DNA of 64,000 nt, from positions 1,344,001 through 1,408,000 of the forward strand of contig OZ242320.1 of the NCBI GenBank assembly GCA_965208125.1. Direction: 5' to 3'. Shown here in pieces: positions 1 through 12,192 of this stretch. The DNA is from Candidatus Latescibacterota bacterium. GTDB lineage: Bacteria > Latescibacterota > UBA2968. The notes under the pieces are model-generated. The model was not told the DNA's origin. It saw only the letters and a list, made by a program, of their open reading frames with translations, and did not search any database. Every line of letters begins with the position of its first letter. Positions within the stretch are counted from its first letter, which is position 1. Made by a program: the position numbers and the translations under genes.

Positions 1-794
1 GACACAGCATCGTCGTGATCGCGCGCATCGGCTGGATCAATCGTAAAACAAATCAAATCGCGCAAATCGAGGCGACGGTCAATTTCCTCTGTGGGAATAC
101 CTTCGGGAATCGCTTCGGTAGCATCGAGAACATGTTGCGGGAAAACGAGAGGAAGGCCGAGTTTTTTGATCAGAATAAGGGTCTCAATGCCCGCATCATC
201 CGCATTGCCCAGAACTTCGACAATCCGCCCATCGGGATGGGCATTGGGTGAGGAATATTTGAGTCGCACAACCACCTTTTGCCCCGCCTTAGCGCCACAG
301 GCCAGGTCATCGGGGATATGAATGCGTCCGCGGATACGCGGATCGTCGGAAGTGACGAGAGAAACGCCGTCATACGTACCCACCATTGTTTGCTCGGCGC
401 GTTCCACAATGCGAACCAACTCACCCTCTGCGCGATCGCTGCCCTGTGCCCTGCGCGTGAGGCGTGCCACAGCGCGGTCGCCGTGTCGCGCACGTCTCAT
501 GTATCTCGCACCAATAAAAATATCTGCGCCGCCATCTTCGGGCGCAAGCAGACCATATCCACTGGCCTGGACACTGATGCGACCAACGACGAGATTGTGA
601 TCAGACGGAATGCCGTAACGGCTGCGGCGCAATTTTACGAGGTCACCATCGCGCACCATGCTGCGAATCAGGCGGCGAAAATCTGAATAAGCCCGATTGG
701 AGACGCGAAGCGCGCGAGCAAGTTCCCTGATCTTGAGCGGACGCCTGTGTTGTTGGCGCACAAAATTCAGTACCTGATCGCGAGAGACAGACAT
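1..794 (-). CDS. rnr: Ribonuclease R, 5' part (runs off the window start)
   Basis: Manual translation from ATG at 794: MSVSRDQVLNFV... with HTH and cold-shock-like regions, ending in the RNB motif FTIDPADARDHDDAV. Absent from the ORF track because it is truncated. Confidence 0.9.
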   Translation of the reverse strand, partial: MSVSRDQVLNFVRQQHRRPLKIRELARALRVSNRAYSDFRRLIRSMVRDGDLVKLRRSRYGIPSDHNLVVGRISVQASGYGLLAPEDGGADIFIGARYMRRARHGDRAVARLTRRAQGSDRAEGELVRIVERAEQTMVGTYDGVSLVTSDDPRIRGRIHIPDDLACGAKAGQKVVVRLKYSSPNAHPDGRIVEVLGNADDAGIETLILIKKLGLPLVFPQHVLDATEAIPEGIPTEEIDRRLDLRDLICFTIDPADARDHDDAV

Positions 795-915
795 ATTTTT
801 TATAGGAACCAATAGCAGATAAACAGGCGGGAGATATGGTGGCGGTGTTTGAGCGAAATCATTATACTGCTGTGAGTGACGCAAGGCAAATATACGGAAA
901 GGGTGCGAAAAAGCA

Positions 916-2001
916 ATGCAAAACCTCTACCGGCTAATCACAATAGCTCTCTTGTGCTTTGGAGGGTGCGCCGCGCAATATGTTCTGGCGCCCGACGGGG
1001 AATACGATTATCGCGTACCCGTTGGGCGAGGTGATGCGCAGGCGGGATTTGAAACCCTATTTGCTTCCACTGTAAAAGTCGTGTGGACGCCTCAATATAC
1101 CAACGTATTTTACACACATGATATGAGAAATGACAGAGGCTTATTACTCCATTTGCCTTTAAGAGATGAAAACAGCCCAACCGGCTATCGGCTATTGCGA
1201 AATGGCATCCGCGAAACCGTCGATTCTTATTCCAAAGTAGGCACCGCGCTTGTGATTTCGCGACAAGCCGTGGCCAATCAATACAATGTGGCAGTTGCAC
1301 TGACAAATGCACATCTGGTAACAGCACCGGATACCATTCGGTATTTCATGCGGGACGCCCGAGGCATCGAAACAAATGTGCTCGAACGGATTTCCATTAA
1401 AATCAGCACCTCATTGCACGTAGTCAATCGCGATGGCGAACGCATCTCTGCTAAAATCGTGCGCCTTGATCCCGAAGCAGACCTATCTTTGCTCAAACTC
1501 AATATCCCCAATCTGATGAAAAAACCATGGCCTTTTTTGCTGCGGCTGGGCAAGACATCGGATCTGCAATGGGGCAATTTTGTCTATATCGCAGGTCATC
1601 CAAAAAATAAGATACACCTCACTGCGGGCACCGTGAGTTTAGACGAAGACGACGATCGGTTTTTTGTCGATGCGCCCATCCGTGCGGGCTACAGTGGCGG
1701 ACCTGTGGTTGCCGTACGAGATGGCTTGCCCAATTTTGAACTCGTGGGCCTTTGTCGGGGAGCGACAACAGAAACATTTCGCTTGCTGGTACCCCACCAT
1801 AGATTAAATGAAGGTGCGACATTATCGCCCGATTTGCTCAGTCAAATCTCGGTTGAAGAGCGCGAGATGGTAGAACCCGGTTTGGGTATTATCGTGGGAA
1901 TTGAAGCCGTCAAACGATTTCTATTGGACAGTCGCGATTCGCTCCGAGAGAACGGTGTAGATATCAAAACCGATGCGGCATTGCGAATGTGGGGGTTTTG
2001 A
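916..2001 (+). CDS. Trypsin-like (S1) serine protease, probable lipoprotein
   Basis: Lipobox-like FGGC; triad motifs LTNAHLV, DLSLLK, GYSGGP. Confidence 0.85.
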   Translation: MQNLYRLITIALLCFGGCAAQYVLAPDGEYDYRVPVGRGDAQAGFETLFASTVKVVWTPQYTNVFYTHDMRNDRGLLLHLPLRDENSPTGYRLLRNGIRETVDSYSKVGTALVISRQAVANQYNVAVALTNAHLVTAPDTIRYFMRDARGIETNVLERISIKISTSLHVVNRDGERISAKIVRLDPEADLSLLKLNIPNLMKKPWPFLLRLGKTSDLQWGNFVYIAGHPKNKIHLTAGTVSLDEDDDRFFVDAPIRAGYSGGPVVAVRDGLPNFELVGLCRGATTETFRLLVPHHRLNEGATLSPDLLSQISVEEREMVEPGLGIIVGIEAVKRFLLDSRDSLRENGVDIKTDAALRMWGF

Positions 2002-2054
2002 ATTCGCGGGGATATATATTATATTGTCGGGTTATATTGTTAATCCGATTTGTC

Positions 2055-2080
2055 GTAGGGGCGACCCCCTGTGGTCGCCC
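2055..2080 (+). repeat. GTAG-type REP, subtype A
   Basis: GTAGGGGCGACCCCCTGTGGTCGCCC: GTAG tetranucleotide plus hairpin, repeated across the window. Confidence 0.9.
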
Positions 2081-2113
2081 GCTGACCTTACACATTTTTA
2101 CAAGGAGATCCAA

Positions 2114-2566
2114 ATGAGACATTTTGCCATTTCACTGCTGGGCGTATTCCTTTTTCCCGCACTGGTCGGGGCGCACTGCGAGATACCGTGTGGGATCTAT
2201 GGCGATGAGGGTCGGTTTGTACTGCTATTGGAAAATGTGACCACCATTGAAAAATCGATGAATGAAATCAACAGATTGTCGGGAGAAAGCGAGAAGAACA
2301 ACAACCAGATCGTGCGGTGGGTCGTCAACAAAGAGCACCATGCCGATCAGATTCGCGACATTGTCGCACAATATTTCCTGGCGCAACGGATCACAGAACC
2401 GGCAGAAGGGGATGCCGCGGCAGCAAAAGCCTATACCGAAAAGCTAATAGCCCTGCACAAAATCATACGCACGGCAATGAAGTGCAAACAAACTACAGAC
2501 CCGAAAAACGCGCAGACCTTGCGCGATCACATAAACGCTTTTCAGGCCCTTTACAATGCAAAATAG
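2114..2566 (+). CDS. sodN: Nickel superoxide dismutase precursor
   Basis: Signal peptide followed by the Ni-hook HCEIPCGIY; later KEHHA and MKCKQ; AAGGAG RBS before ATG 2114. Confidence 0.92.
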   Translation: MRHFAISLLGVFLFPALVGAHCEIPCGIYGDEGRFVLLLENVTTIEKSMNEINRLSGESEKNNNQIVRWVVNKEHHADQIRDIVAQYFLAQRITEPAEGDAAAAKAYTEKLIALHKIIRTAMKCKQTTDPKNAQTLRDHINAFQALYNAK

Positions 2567-2573
2567 AGAAACC

Positions 2574-2655
2574 GGGCGGGCACAGGGGCCGTCCCCTACG
2601 GTCTCCTGCGTTTGAACACAACATTACTGTAGGGGCGGTGCCCCCGTGCCCGCCC
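2574..2655. repeat. Divergent REP pair (variant copies)
   Basis: GGGCGGGCACAGGGGCCGTCCCCTAC (2574-2599) and GTAGGGGCGGTGCCCCCGTGCCCGCCC (2629-2655). Confidence 0.85.
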
Positions 2656-2734
2656 GTCATCGCGGCATGATGTTGAACCGCGATCCAATTCATGGGACAA
2701 TCTCCATCGAGATTGTCCTATTTTTTATTTTTTC

Positions 2735-2763
2735 TTGCGCTTCTGAAAGGTCTTTGATATATT
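2735..2763 (+). promoter_or_regulatory. Putative sigma-70 promoter of groESL
   Basis: TTGCGC-N17-TATATT directly upstream of CIRCE. Confidence 0.7.
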
Positions 2764-2773
2764 CTCCGCCCCA

Positions 2774-2800
2774 TTAGCACTCGGCAGGTGAGAGTGCTAA
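2774..2800 (+). promoter_or_regulatory. CIRCE element (HrcA operator)
   Basis: Perfect TTAGCACTC-N9-GAGTGCTAA upstream of groES. Confidence 0.97.
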
Positions 2801-2851
2801 AACACATCATCCGTATCTTTTCACTCCACCTCGCAGAAGGAGGCTATAACA

Positions 2852-4809
<1,958 letters not shown>

Positions 4810-4825
4810 ACGGTTCGTTTTACGC

Positions 4826-4858
4826 AAAAAGGGACACTCGATTGGGTGTCCCTTTTTT
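4826..4858. terminator. Bidirectional intrinsic terminator
   Basis: AAAAAGGGACAC-loop-GTGTCCCTTTTTT between convergent genes. Confidence 0.9.
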
Positions 4859-6159
4859 CATTTTGAACCACAAAAAAACACCCGATTATTGATCACCTCG
4901 CCTGTCTCTTTATCCGGATAACGGGACTCCCCATCAAAAAAAACAAAAGGTGGGAATTGCCCTGCGGGAATGGTATTGGCACCTGCAGGACGTTCCAGAT
5001 TCGCCTCGTTAAAAATCGCATCCCGGGGCAAAGCGAGCTGCGTATTCCAATCCCCATCTCCCTCGTTCAAAGTCAACCAGACCAGACGCTTATCCTCTGT
5101 CTCCCAGTTTAATCCACGCGTGGGCTTGCCATCATTCCAGCCCCTCCCAAGAGGCTGAAACTCCAGCAGAGCATAAAGCGTACCCGCTTCATCCATACTA
5201 AACGCACCCCGGCATCCCGTCGGCCGGTGATCTGGAAAACCCGCATCGACGGACTCTCGCTGCCACACACCCTCTGCATCAAACCAGGCGTGAACAATCT
5301 CACCCGGCTCATCCAAATGTGAAACATAGAGAATATGTGGACCCTCAGAAGAAACCACAATACAACCCTGTGCGAGAACCTCGGGGCGGGGCATAGGTTC
5401 GTGGCGCTCATCCTCCTCAGAACGCGCAAGAACATCGAGCTGCTCCGGCCGCGCTGGCAACTCAATGCGCGCACCATCGGCCCTCTCCCACGTCTCGCCA
5501 CCATCCCGGCTACACATATAACACACAGCCTGATGCAGCCCGCGCTGATCGCGGATACCTGTACCCTCGTAAAAATCTATCACAAGATGAAGAACGCCAT
5601 CTGCACCGACAGCCATACCCGTCTGAAAAGCGCCATAACCCGTATAATCCTCACGCCGCTTAACCAATTTCCCGCGCGCTTCCCAGATCCCATCTCTGCT
5701 CTTAGAATAAAAATCCACACCATCCCAGCGATTGGGTGACCGCATAGTCAAATAAAGCGTATCGTCCAAACCGCACACAACAACCGGATAGGTCCCCGAC
5801 CCAGCCGGCTCTCCCTCTGTCCATTCACTCGCATCATTGGGCCGTACCGACCGCCGATACGTCACCGGCGAATTGTGACCACTCATAATAGCCTGCAAAT
5901 AGCCCTGGTGGTCAATGGTCATAACCGGACGCGCGTGATTATCGCGCCCCCTGTTAAAAGTCAACGGTTCTGACCATTCCCCAGTATCGCAATCAAAAGT
6001 ACAAACCCTGTTGAAATAGCCCTCACCTGTAACATCCTGCCAGACCACATGCGTTCTACCCTCGAACGTAACAACCTTATTCCCCGCACCAGAAGTCGCG
6101 CGCTCACTGCCAATTTGAGAGATTAATCTGGTCACATTGAACCCCCTCGAGTGTATCAT
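4858..6159 (-). CDS. BNR/Asp-box repeat beta-propeller protein
   Basis: DNHARP, SGHNS and the Asp-box SRDGGETW; overlaps the sialidase stop (ATGA). Confidence 0.7.
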   Translation of the reverse strand: MIHSRGFNVTRLISQIGSERATSGAGNKVVTFEGRTHVVWQDVTGEGYFNRVCTFDCDTGEWSEPLTFNRGRDNHARPVMTIDHQGYLQAIMSGHNSPVTYRRSVRPNDASEWTEGEPAGSGTYPVVVCGLDDTLYLTMRSPNRWDGVDFYSKSRDGIWEARGKLVKRREDYTGYGAFQTGMAVGADGVLHLVIDFYEGTGIRDQRGLHQAVCYMCSRDGGETWERADGARIELPARPEQLDVLARSEEDERHEPMPRPEVLAQGCIVVSSEGPHILYVSHLDEPGEIVHAWFDAEGVWQRESVDAGFPDHRPTGCRGAFSMDEAGTLYALLEFQPLGRGWNDGKPTRGLNWETEDKRLVWLTLNEGDGDWNTQLALPRDAIFNEANLERPAGANTIPAGQFPPFVFFDGESRYPDKETGEVINNRVFFCGSK

Positions 6160-7181
6160 ATCCTGAACCGCTCAAAAACCAGATACTGATACGAATGTTC
6201 TTCGCCCGCCTCATACAAACACCCAACATCGCCCTCGGGTAACAGAGCCAGACAGGAATACGCTGCTGGACCCTCGTGCAACAGCTTTTCTCGGACCCAC
6301 GACTCCCCGCCATCCTCGCTCAAACGCACAGTCATATTCTCGCGCACCCCTCTTCCCTTACCCGGATAAAACCGTTCTCCAGCTTTGGGACTTTCTATCG
6401 GCGTGAGCGATACCGGATTTGAAAAAAACAACCGGTCGCCTTCGCCTATCAAACTCGCCTGACATTTCGGACACGGCAAATTCTCATCGTGTACAACCCC
6501 TGACCAATTGTGCCCCCCATCCCCACTCACCGAAATCCCCCTCACCCCCTCACTATACGTCTGCATCCGAATATTCATCTTCAACAACCCATCCGCCAAT
6601 TCCACAACCTGACATTCATTCGCACCCGGCGTAATCAACGCGCTCATCTGCCACGTTGCCCCGTGGTCATCGCTGTAAATCGCATGTGAACCATTTCCAT
6701 AAATCTCATCCTCGCGATGGTCGCACGGAATCACCAGCCGCCCCCTGTGCTCCCCCCGTTGCAATTGAATACCAACACCCGGACCCGTCGCATACCAATT
6801 CCACGAAGGCTTCTTCACAACAGCAGTAATCTCCGTGGGATCTGCCCACGTCTTCCCATCATCCCCACTATGCGTAATAAACACATCGTCATTTTCCCGA
6901 CAAAACGGCAACCAGATCACACCCGTATCACCATCCACCACAGGACAAGGATTGCCAATCGTCACCTCGCCAGGCTCGCCATAAATCAACAACTGTTCGG
7001 ACCACGTCTCCCCACCGTCCTCCGACCGCTTCACCAGCAAATCGAGATCCCCGTGATCCCCACGCCCGGTGCGCCGCCCCTCGCAAAACGCCAGCAAAGT
7101 CCCCGCCTTTGTCACCAGCAATGCCGGAATGCGATACGTGTGATACCCATCCTGTCCACTGGTATATACATGTGTCTTCAT
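6156..7181 (-). CDS. Sialidase (GH33)
   Basis: YRIP motif, several Asp-boxes (SEDGGETW, SDDHGATW, SEDGGESW), ANECQ, AAYSCL. Confidence 0.92.
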   Translation of the reverse strand: MKTHVYTSGQDGYHTYRIPALLVTKAGTLLAFCEGRRTGRGDHGDLDLLVKRSEDGGETWSEQLLIYGEPGEVTIGNPCPVVDGDTGVIWLPFCRENDDVFITHSGDDGKTWADPTEITAVVKKPSWNWYATGPGVGIQLQRGEHRGRLVIPCDHREDEIYGNGSHAIYSDDHGATWQMSALITPGANECQVVELADGLLKMNIRMQTYSEGVRGISVSGDGGHNWSGVVHDENLPCPKCQASLIGEGDRLFFSNPVSLTPIESPKAGERFYPGKGRGVRENMTVRLSEDGGESWVREKLLHEGPAAYSCLALLPEGDVGCLYEAGEEHSYQYLVFERFRI

Positions 7182-7196
7182 AACGCCTCCCTTGTA

Positions 7197-8072
7197 TTAT
7201 GACCTCTCCAAAGGAACCAGCCGCAGTGCATTCTCGCAATAAATCTTCTCCCTGACATCCTGTGGCAAATCCAACTCCTCCAGATGTACCTGCAACGCAT
7301 TCCCCGGAGCATCGCGTCCAAACAGCAAACGATCCTGATATTCAATCAAAAAATCTCGCCCCCCATCCTCCATCCGCTGCAACGCATTCAAACCAGAACC
7401 CGCCGACAAATCCGCCCAGAGATTCGTATATTCTGCAAACAGATCAAACAAGCGCCCCCCCGGCACAATCGGACTCGAAGGATATACCTCCACATCAGTC
7501 GCCTCATCCCCACTCACATGCCGCCAGAACCCGGGCGCGTGACCGACAAACGTCGCATCTGGACACGCCTGCAACGCCTGTTCCAGCGCGCCAATCTCCC
7601 CCCCATACCAATACTCCTGATACACCCCATTCAAAAACGGCGTATCAATATGCAAAACCACTGGCGCACCCAACTCACCCGCCTTGCGAAACAACAAAAT
7701 CGCACGCGGATCATTCAACAACATCCGATAGCTCCACTCCCCGCACACCCGAACGCCATGTGAATAATACGCCGCCTCAAAAAGCCCTGCGGCATCGCCC
7801 TCCGACGGACAGGGACAATATCCCGCCACAAACCGATCGGGATATTTCTCACACGCCCGCGAAAGATCATTCAACGTCGTCCCCGCATGCGTCCCATCGG
7901 GCCGTGCATTGACCGGATTAAACACGCGATGGCTACTCGCCACATGCTCGCCCGGCGGCAAATACCACGTAAGCAACCACGCCACATCATACCCGAACTG
8001 ATCCATCTCATTCAGCACGCCCTCGGCATTGAGACCGTGATAATAAATGTGATTGTGTGCATCAATAATCAT
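7197..8072 (-). CDS. Amidohydrolase_2 family protein
   Basis: IIDAHNH, VVLH, FVGHAPG, LLFGRD. Confidence 0.85.
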   Translation of the reverse strand: MIIDAHNHIYYHGLNAEGVLNEMDQFGYDVAWLLTWYLPPGEHVASSHRVFNPVNARPDGTHAGTTLNDLSRACEKYPDRFVAGYCPCPSEGDAAGLFEAAYYSHGVRVCGEWSYRMLLNDPRAILLFRKAGELGAPVVLHIDTPFLNGVYQEYWYGGEIGALEQALQACPDATFVGHAPGFWRHVSGDEATDVEVYPSSPIVPGGRLFDLFAEYTNLWADLSAGSGLNALQRMEDGGRDFLIEYQDRLLFGRDAPGNALQVHLEELDLPQDVREKIYCENALRLVPLERS

Positions 8073-8102
8073 AGTAAAAAACTCCGGTTTTCATGATTTC
8101 CC

Positions 8103-8131
8103 TTGACGCAGATACAATCCCCAAATAATAT
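8103..8131 (+). promoter_or_regulatory. Putative sigma-70 promoter of pyrD
   Basis: TTGACG-N17-TAATAT. Confidence 0.6.
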
Positions 8132-8175
8132 TAAGCGCCGCGCCATTGCAAAACAAATATCCCAATCACTGTCAA

Positions 8176-9114
8176 ATGTCCAACTCTCAATTAGACCTCT
8201 CGACAAAAATCGCCAAAAGGCTCACGCTCAAAAACCCCGTCATCATGGCATCGGGCACTTTTGGACACGGCGCCGAATACGCGTCCCTCTTTGACCTGAG
8301 CAAAATCGGCGGCATCGTCACAAAAACCATCACCTATCACCCCCGGGCGGGCAACCCACCGCCGCGCACAGCCGAAACCCCATCCGGCATGCTAAACGCC
8401 ATTGGACTCACCAACCCGGGCATCGACGCATTCATCGCCGAAAAAGTCCCACCTCTCGCCGCGCTCAACACCGGACGCATCGTCAGCATAGCGGGAACAT
8501 CGGACCGGGAATTTGCCGACATGGCCGCCCGATTCAACGACCTCGAAGGCATAGACGCCCTCGAACTCAACATCTCATCGCCCAACATGAAAGACGGCGG
8601 CATGCTCTTTGGCTGTTCCGAGCGCGCCGCCCACAACGTAACCCGAGCCGTCAAAGCCGTATCGCAATTGCCCATCATCGTCAAACTCACCCCAAACGTA
8701 ACAGACATAGCCGCCATAGCCAGCGCAGTCGAAGAAGGCGGAGCAGACGGCATCGCCCTCATCAACACCCTGCTGGGCATGGCAATCGACATAGACACGC
8801 GCCGCCCCATCCTGGGAAATATCACAGGCGGATTATCTGGACCCGCGATCAAACCCGTCGCCCTCGCCCTGCTCTGGAAAGTCGTCGAACGGGTCTCTGT
8901 CCCCGTCATCGGCATGGGCGGCATAGCCACAGCGCGCGACGCCATTGAATTTCTCATCATTGGCGCATCCGCCATACAGATCGGAACCACGACCTTTGTT
9001 CGCCCTCTTGCAGCCCTGGAGATACTCGATGGCATTGCAGACTATTGCAAAACACATGAAATCGACCGCATATCCGACCTCGTCGGCAGCATGCAACCAC
9101 CTGCGGCGCATTAA
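8176..9114 (+). CDS. pyrD: Dihydroorotate dehydrogenase, class 1-type catalytic subunit
   Basis: NPVIMASGTFG, MLNAIGLTNPG, VKLTPNVTDI, INTLLGM, GGLSGPAIKP. Confidence 0.95.
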   Translation: MSNSQLDLSTKIAKRLTLKNPVIMASGTFGHGAEYASLFDLSKIGGIVTKTITYHPRAGNPPPRTAETPSGMLNAIGLTNPGIDAFIAEKVPPLAALNTGRIVSIAGTSDREFADMAARFNDLEGIDALELNISSPNMKDGGMLFGCSERAAHNVTRAVKAVSQLPIIVKLTPNVTDIAAIASAVEEGGADGIALINTLLGMAIDIDTRRPILGNITGGLSGPAIKPVALALLWKVVERVSVPVIGMGGIATARDAIEFLIIGASAIQIGTTTFVRPLAALEILDGIADYCKTHEIDRISDLVGSMQPPAAH

Positions 9115-9496
9115 AATCTCCCATCTGTTCTGCATCCTCCTCTGCATCTCTATCATGGGATGTGCCTCACATCCTCGCTATCGCGGCAAACCCATATCCT
9201 ACCAGATTGGCTATGCGTCCTACTACGCACACAAATTTCACGGACGGCCAACAGCCAGCGGTGAAATCTACGACATGAACGGCCTATCCGCCGCACACCG
9301 CGAATTGCCCCTCGGCACAGTGATTCGCGTTACCCACCTGAAAAATGGCAAATCCATTATTATTCCAGTGAACGACCGCGGGCCTTTTGTCAAAGGTCGC
9401 ATTCTCGACCTCTCCCTCGGTGCAGCCAAAAAACTCGACATGGTCGCTGAAGGCGTTGCCAGAGTCAAGATAGAAATCGTCAAATCCGTCAATTAA
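9101..9496 (+). CDS. rlpA: RlpA-family lytic transglycosylase lipoprotein (start uncertain)
   Basis: GYASYY, GRPTASGE, AAHRELPLGT, VNDRGPF, ILDLS; lipobox IMGC. Confidence 0.9.
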   Translation: MRRIKISHLFCILLCISIMGCASHPRYRGKPISYQIGYASYYAHKFHGRPTASGEIYDMNGLSAAHRELPLGTVIRVTHLKNGKSIIIPVNDRGPFVKGRILDLSLGAAKKLDMVAEGVARVKIEIVKSVN

Positions 9497-10524
9497 CCCC
9501 TCCTCCCTTCCCCATCCCAATACTCATACATATCCGCGATCACATCATCAATCGGCGCGCGGTGTGTTTCCACATCGCGAATAGTCGTTTGCTCTGCCGC
9601 TTCATCGAGCAATGTGGGTATCGATATTTGCGCCGCATCAAACGTAAAGTGATGGCGATTGCCCTCGCTCTCGACAAACTGAACGCCTGAAAGTTGCGGT
9701 GGAGACGTATCGGCAGTCTCAATAATAAGATGCCTGCGGTCGCCAAATTGACCGCGCAATTCTCGAAAATCCCCATCAAACGCGATATTGCCCTTATCGA
9801 TCATCACAATGCGCCCCGCGAGCTGCTCCAGTTCATCCATATCGTGGCTCGTGATCATAACCGTAACGCCCTTTTCCCGATTGAGACTCTTGATAAACTC
9901 CAGCATATTGCGTTTGGCAAGCACATCAACCCCAATGGTAGGCTCGTCTAAAAAGAGAATCTCAGGCTCGTGCATAAGCATAAGCGCCAGATCCACCCGC
10001 ATCTTTTGCCCCAAACTGAGCTGACGCGCGAGACTATTGAAAAACTCGTCAATCCCGAGAAGCTCCTTAACAAAATCGAGCATAGCGTTATACCGATCCC
10101 GGGAAATATTCCAGACCACCCGCTTCCACTCAAAACTCGCCGCAACGGGCTGATCCCACCAAAGTTCTGTCCGCTGACCAAAAACCACGCCAATGCGCTT
10201 CACATAACGAACGCGATCCTTCAGAGGATCCATACCCAGACAGCGAACCGTCCCAGAAGTAGGTGCAAGAACACTGGAAAGCAGCTTAACAGTCGTGGAT
10301 TTTCCCGCGCCATTCGGACCCGCATACGCCACAATCTCGCCGCGGCGAATCTCGAGATTCACCTTCTGCAACGCGCGAATCTCCCGGACATTGGGCCGAA
10401 ACAAATTCTTAAAAACATCCCGAACCTTCTCCGACCGCTGGCGCTGGTAAAAAATCTTATCGACCTCGGTAAGCTCAACCGCGATGTCCAAATCCGAGGT
10501 AGCGCTGTGATCCGGTCTGTTCAT
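9493..10524 (-). CDS. ABC transporter ATP-binding protein
   Basis: Walker A GPNGAGKST, signature LSLGQ, Walker B LFLDEPT. Confidence 0.95.
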   Translation of the reverse strand: MNRPDHSATSDLDIAVELTEVDKIFYQRQRSEKVRDVFKNLFRPNVREIRALQKVNLEIRRGEIVAYAGPNGAGKSTTVKLLSSVLAPTSGTVRCLGMDPLKDRVRYVKRIGVVFGQRTELWWDQPVAASFEWKRVVWNISRDRYNAMLDFVKELLGIDEFFNSLARQLSLGQKMRVDLALMLMHEPEILFLDEPTIGVDVLAKRNMLEFIKSLNREKGVTVMITSHDMDELEQLAGRIVMIDKGNIAFDGDFRELRGQFGDRRHLIIETADTSPPQLSGVQFVESEGNRHHFTFDAAQISIPTLLDEAAEQTTIRDVETHRAPIDDVIADMYEYWDGEGRRG

Positions 10525-11317
10525 AGTGCTGCATTCCTTTTTTAAATAAAATCCATGCCATGAGGGACAAAACCACCGCCACAAGCGGCGTATGCCACAG
10601 GCTCGGTGGCGCAATACCCAGCAACTGGCGGCAGGGATACCACGCGACAAAGCCCACGGGCAAAACAGTAAGCATACTGACAAGCACATAGCTGCTCAGC
10701 CCATCCAGAGGAAAAGACTTGAGCTGAAACATAAAATTGACCGCGCGGCTGCTAATTTCCTCCGCAGCAACCGGTGCCCAAAACGCCAGACTCCCCCACG
10801 CAAAAGAAAAAGCCAGCACAATCGCGCAGGAAGACGCGAGATTGCAAAAAAACATAAACCACCAGTACAGAGGAAACACCGCATCGAGCTGAAAAATAGC
10901 CCATGTCCAGATACCAATCCCCGTGAACAAAGACCACGACCCGGAAAACGGCATAAAACCCTCGGTCAACAACCCCATCCACACCGGCTGGGGTTGCACC
11001 AGCGTATGATCCATCTGACCGCGCCCAATGCGGCGGCTGATATGCAGAACATTATAGCTAAACCCCATATCTAAAAACCCGCGAACAAGCGCGGCATAAC
11101 CCAGCATAAAAACAATCTGATCGCGCGACCACAGGCCAATACCTTCAAACCGCTCCGCCAGCAGAAAAACCGCTGTAACACCCGCGAGATTGAGAATAAT
11201 ATCAGAGACGATATTAATGAAAAAAAATCGAAAATCCCGCGTCATCCACATAAAATCCAGATAAGCCTGCACCTGCCAGCGGGCGATAAGTGTTCTCAAA
11301 GTCTTCAGGATATTCAC
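10475..11317 (-). CDS. ABC-2 type permease (DUF990-like)
   Basis: Multi-pass membrane protein with GQMDHTLVQP; GTG start overlaps the upstream stop. Confidence 0.85.
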   Translation of the reverse strand: MNILKTLRTLIARWQVQAYLDFMWMTRDFRFFFINIVSDIILNLAGVTAVFLLAERFEGIGLWSRDQIVFMLGYAALVRGFLDMGFSYNVLHISRRIGRGQMDHTLVQPQPVWMGLLTEGFMPFSGSWSLFTGIGIWTWAIFQLDAVFPLYWWFMFFCNLASSCAIVLAFSFAWGSLAFWAPVAAEEISSRAVNFMFQLKSFPLDGLSSYVLVSMLTVLPVGFVAWYPCRQLLGIAPPSLWHTPLVAVVLSLMAWILFKKGMQHYEQTGSQRYLGFGHRG

Positions 11318-12108
11318 CCCCCATGCGAAACCAGACGTTCGCGATTGGCATTCCAGAGCCAATGCGCGACGGGCCAGAGCACAACAGCCCAGAAAGCTTG
11401 AAGGCCCATGAGAAAAACGGGATCCCCCGTACCGGTATAAATGCGCAGCGGCGCGGAAGCCAGCGAAGCAAAAGGCAAAAAAGTCAGAACATCCCCAATC
11501 CCCCATGGCATCAGCGCAAGAGGAATAATTGCGCCCGACAACAAAACACTAACTGCATCTCGAATCTGCGTCAAAGCATAGACATGTTGCTCCAGCAAAA
11601 CCATAAAACTCGCAAAAATGAAATCAAACGCCGCGCCGATGGCAATACCCAAAATCAAACTGCACAAAAACAAAACACCGGCAAACGCGCTCTCCGGCAA
11701 TGGATCGACCCCCAGAAGGGGCGCCAGACAAAAAAGCGGCACAGAAAACAAAATGAGATTGGGCAAACCCGAACCAAACATCTCCGCAATAAACTGACCG
11801 TAAATACCCACTGGGCGCAAAAAGCGATTGGCAATATCCCCGCGCCAGAGCGCCCCATCCAGACCTGTACGCACAGAAATCTGCCCGGCAAAAACCTCGG
11901 CAATCAGAGTATAAGTAAGCACGGCATTGCGCGTCATACCAGAAACCTCCCCAGTCTCGGGCAACAACATCCGCCACAGAGAAAGCAGGAACACCACGCG
12001 CAACAGGCGCAAAACAGAGCCACCGAGAAGAACCCACCCCTTGTCATCCAGGGATCGGGTGGCAACCATGATAATGGTCTTGAGATGTTTATGGGTTGTA
12101 ACGAACAT
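11314..12108 (-). CDS. ABC-2 type permease (DUF990-like), start approximate
   Basis: GDIANRFLRP, LSGAIIPL, LPF motifs; hydrophobic. Confidence 0.85.
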   Translation of the reverse strand: MFVTTHKHLKTIIMVATRSLDDKGWVLLGGSVLRLLRVVFLLSLWRMLLPETGEVSGMTRNAVLTYTLIAEVFAGQISVRTGLDGALWRGDIANRFLRPVGIYGQFIAEMFGSGLPNLILFSVPLFCLAPLLGVDPLPESAFAGVLFLCSLILGIAIGAAFDFIFASFMVLLEQHVYALTQIRDAVSVLLSGAIIPLALMPWGIGDVLTFLPFASLASAPLRIYTGTGDPVFLMGLQAFWAVVLWPVAHWLWNANRERLVSHGG

Positions 12109-12171
12109 AAATTCATCAACAATGAAAAAACACTGGATCGCGGCTTTAAGCATGCCGCGATGACGATGGTC

Positions 12172-12192
12172 CTCACTTCTCACTTCTCACTT
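12172..12192. repeat. Heptamer tandem repeat (CTCACTT)x3
   Basis: Read directly; overlaps the hemY 3' end. Confidence 0.75.
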
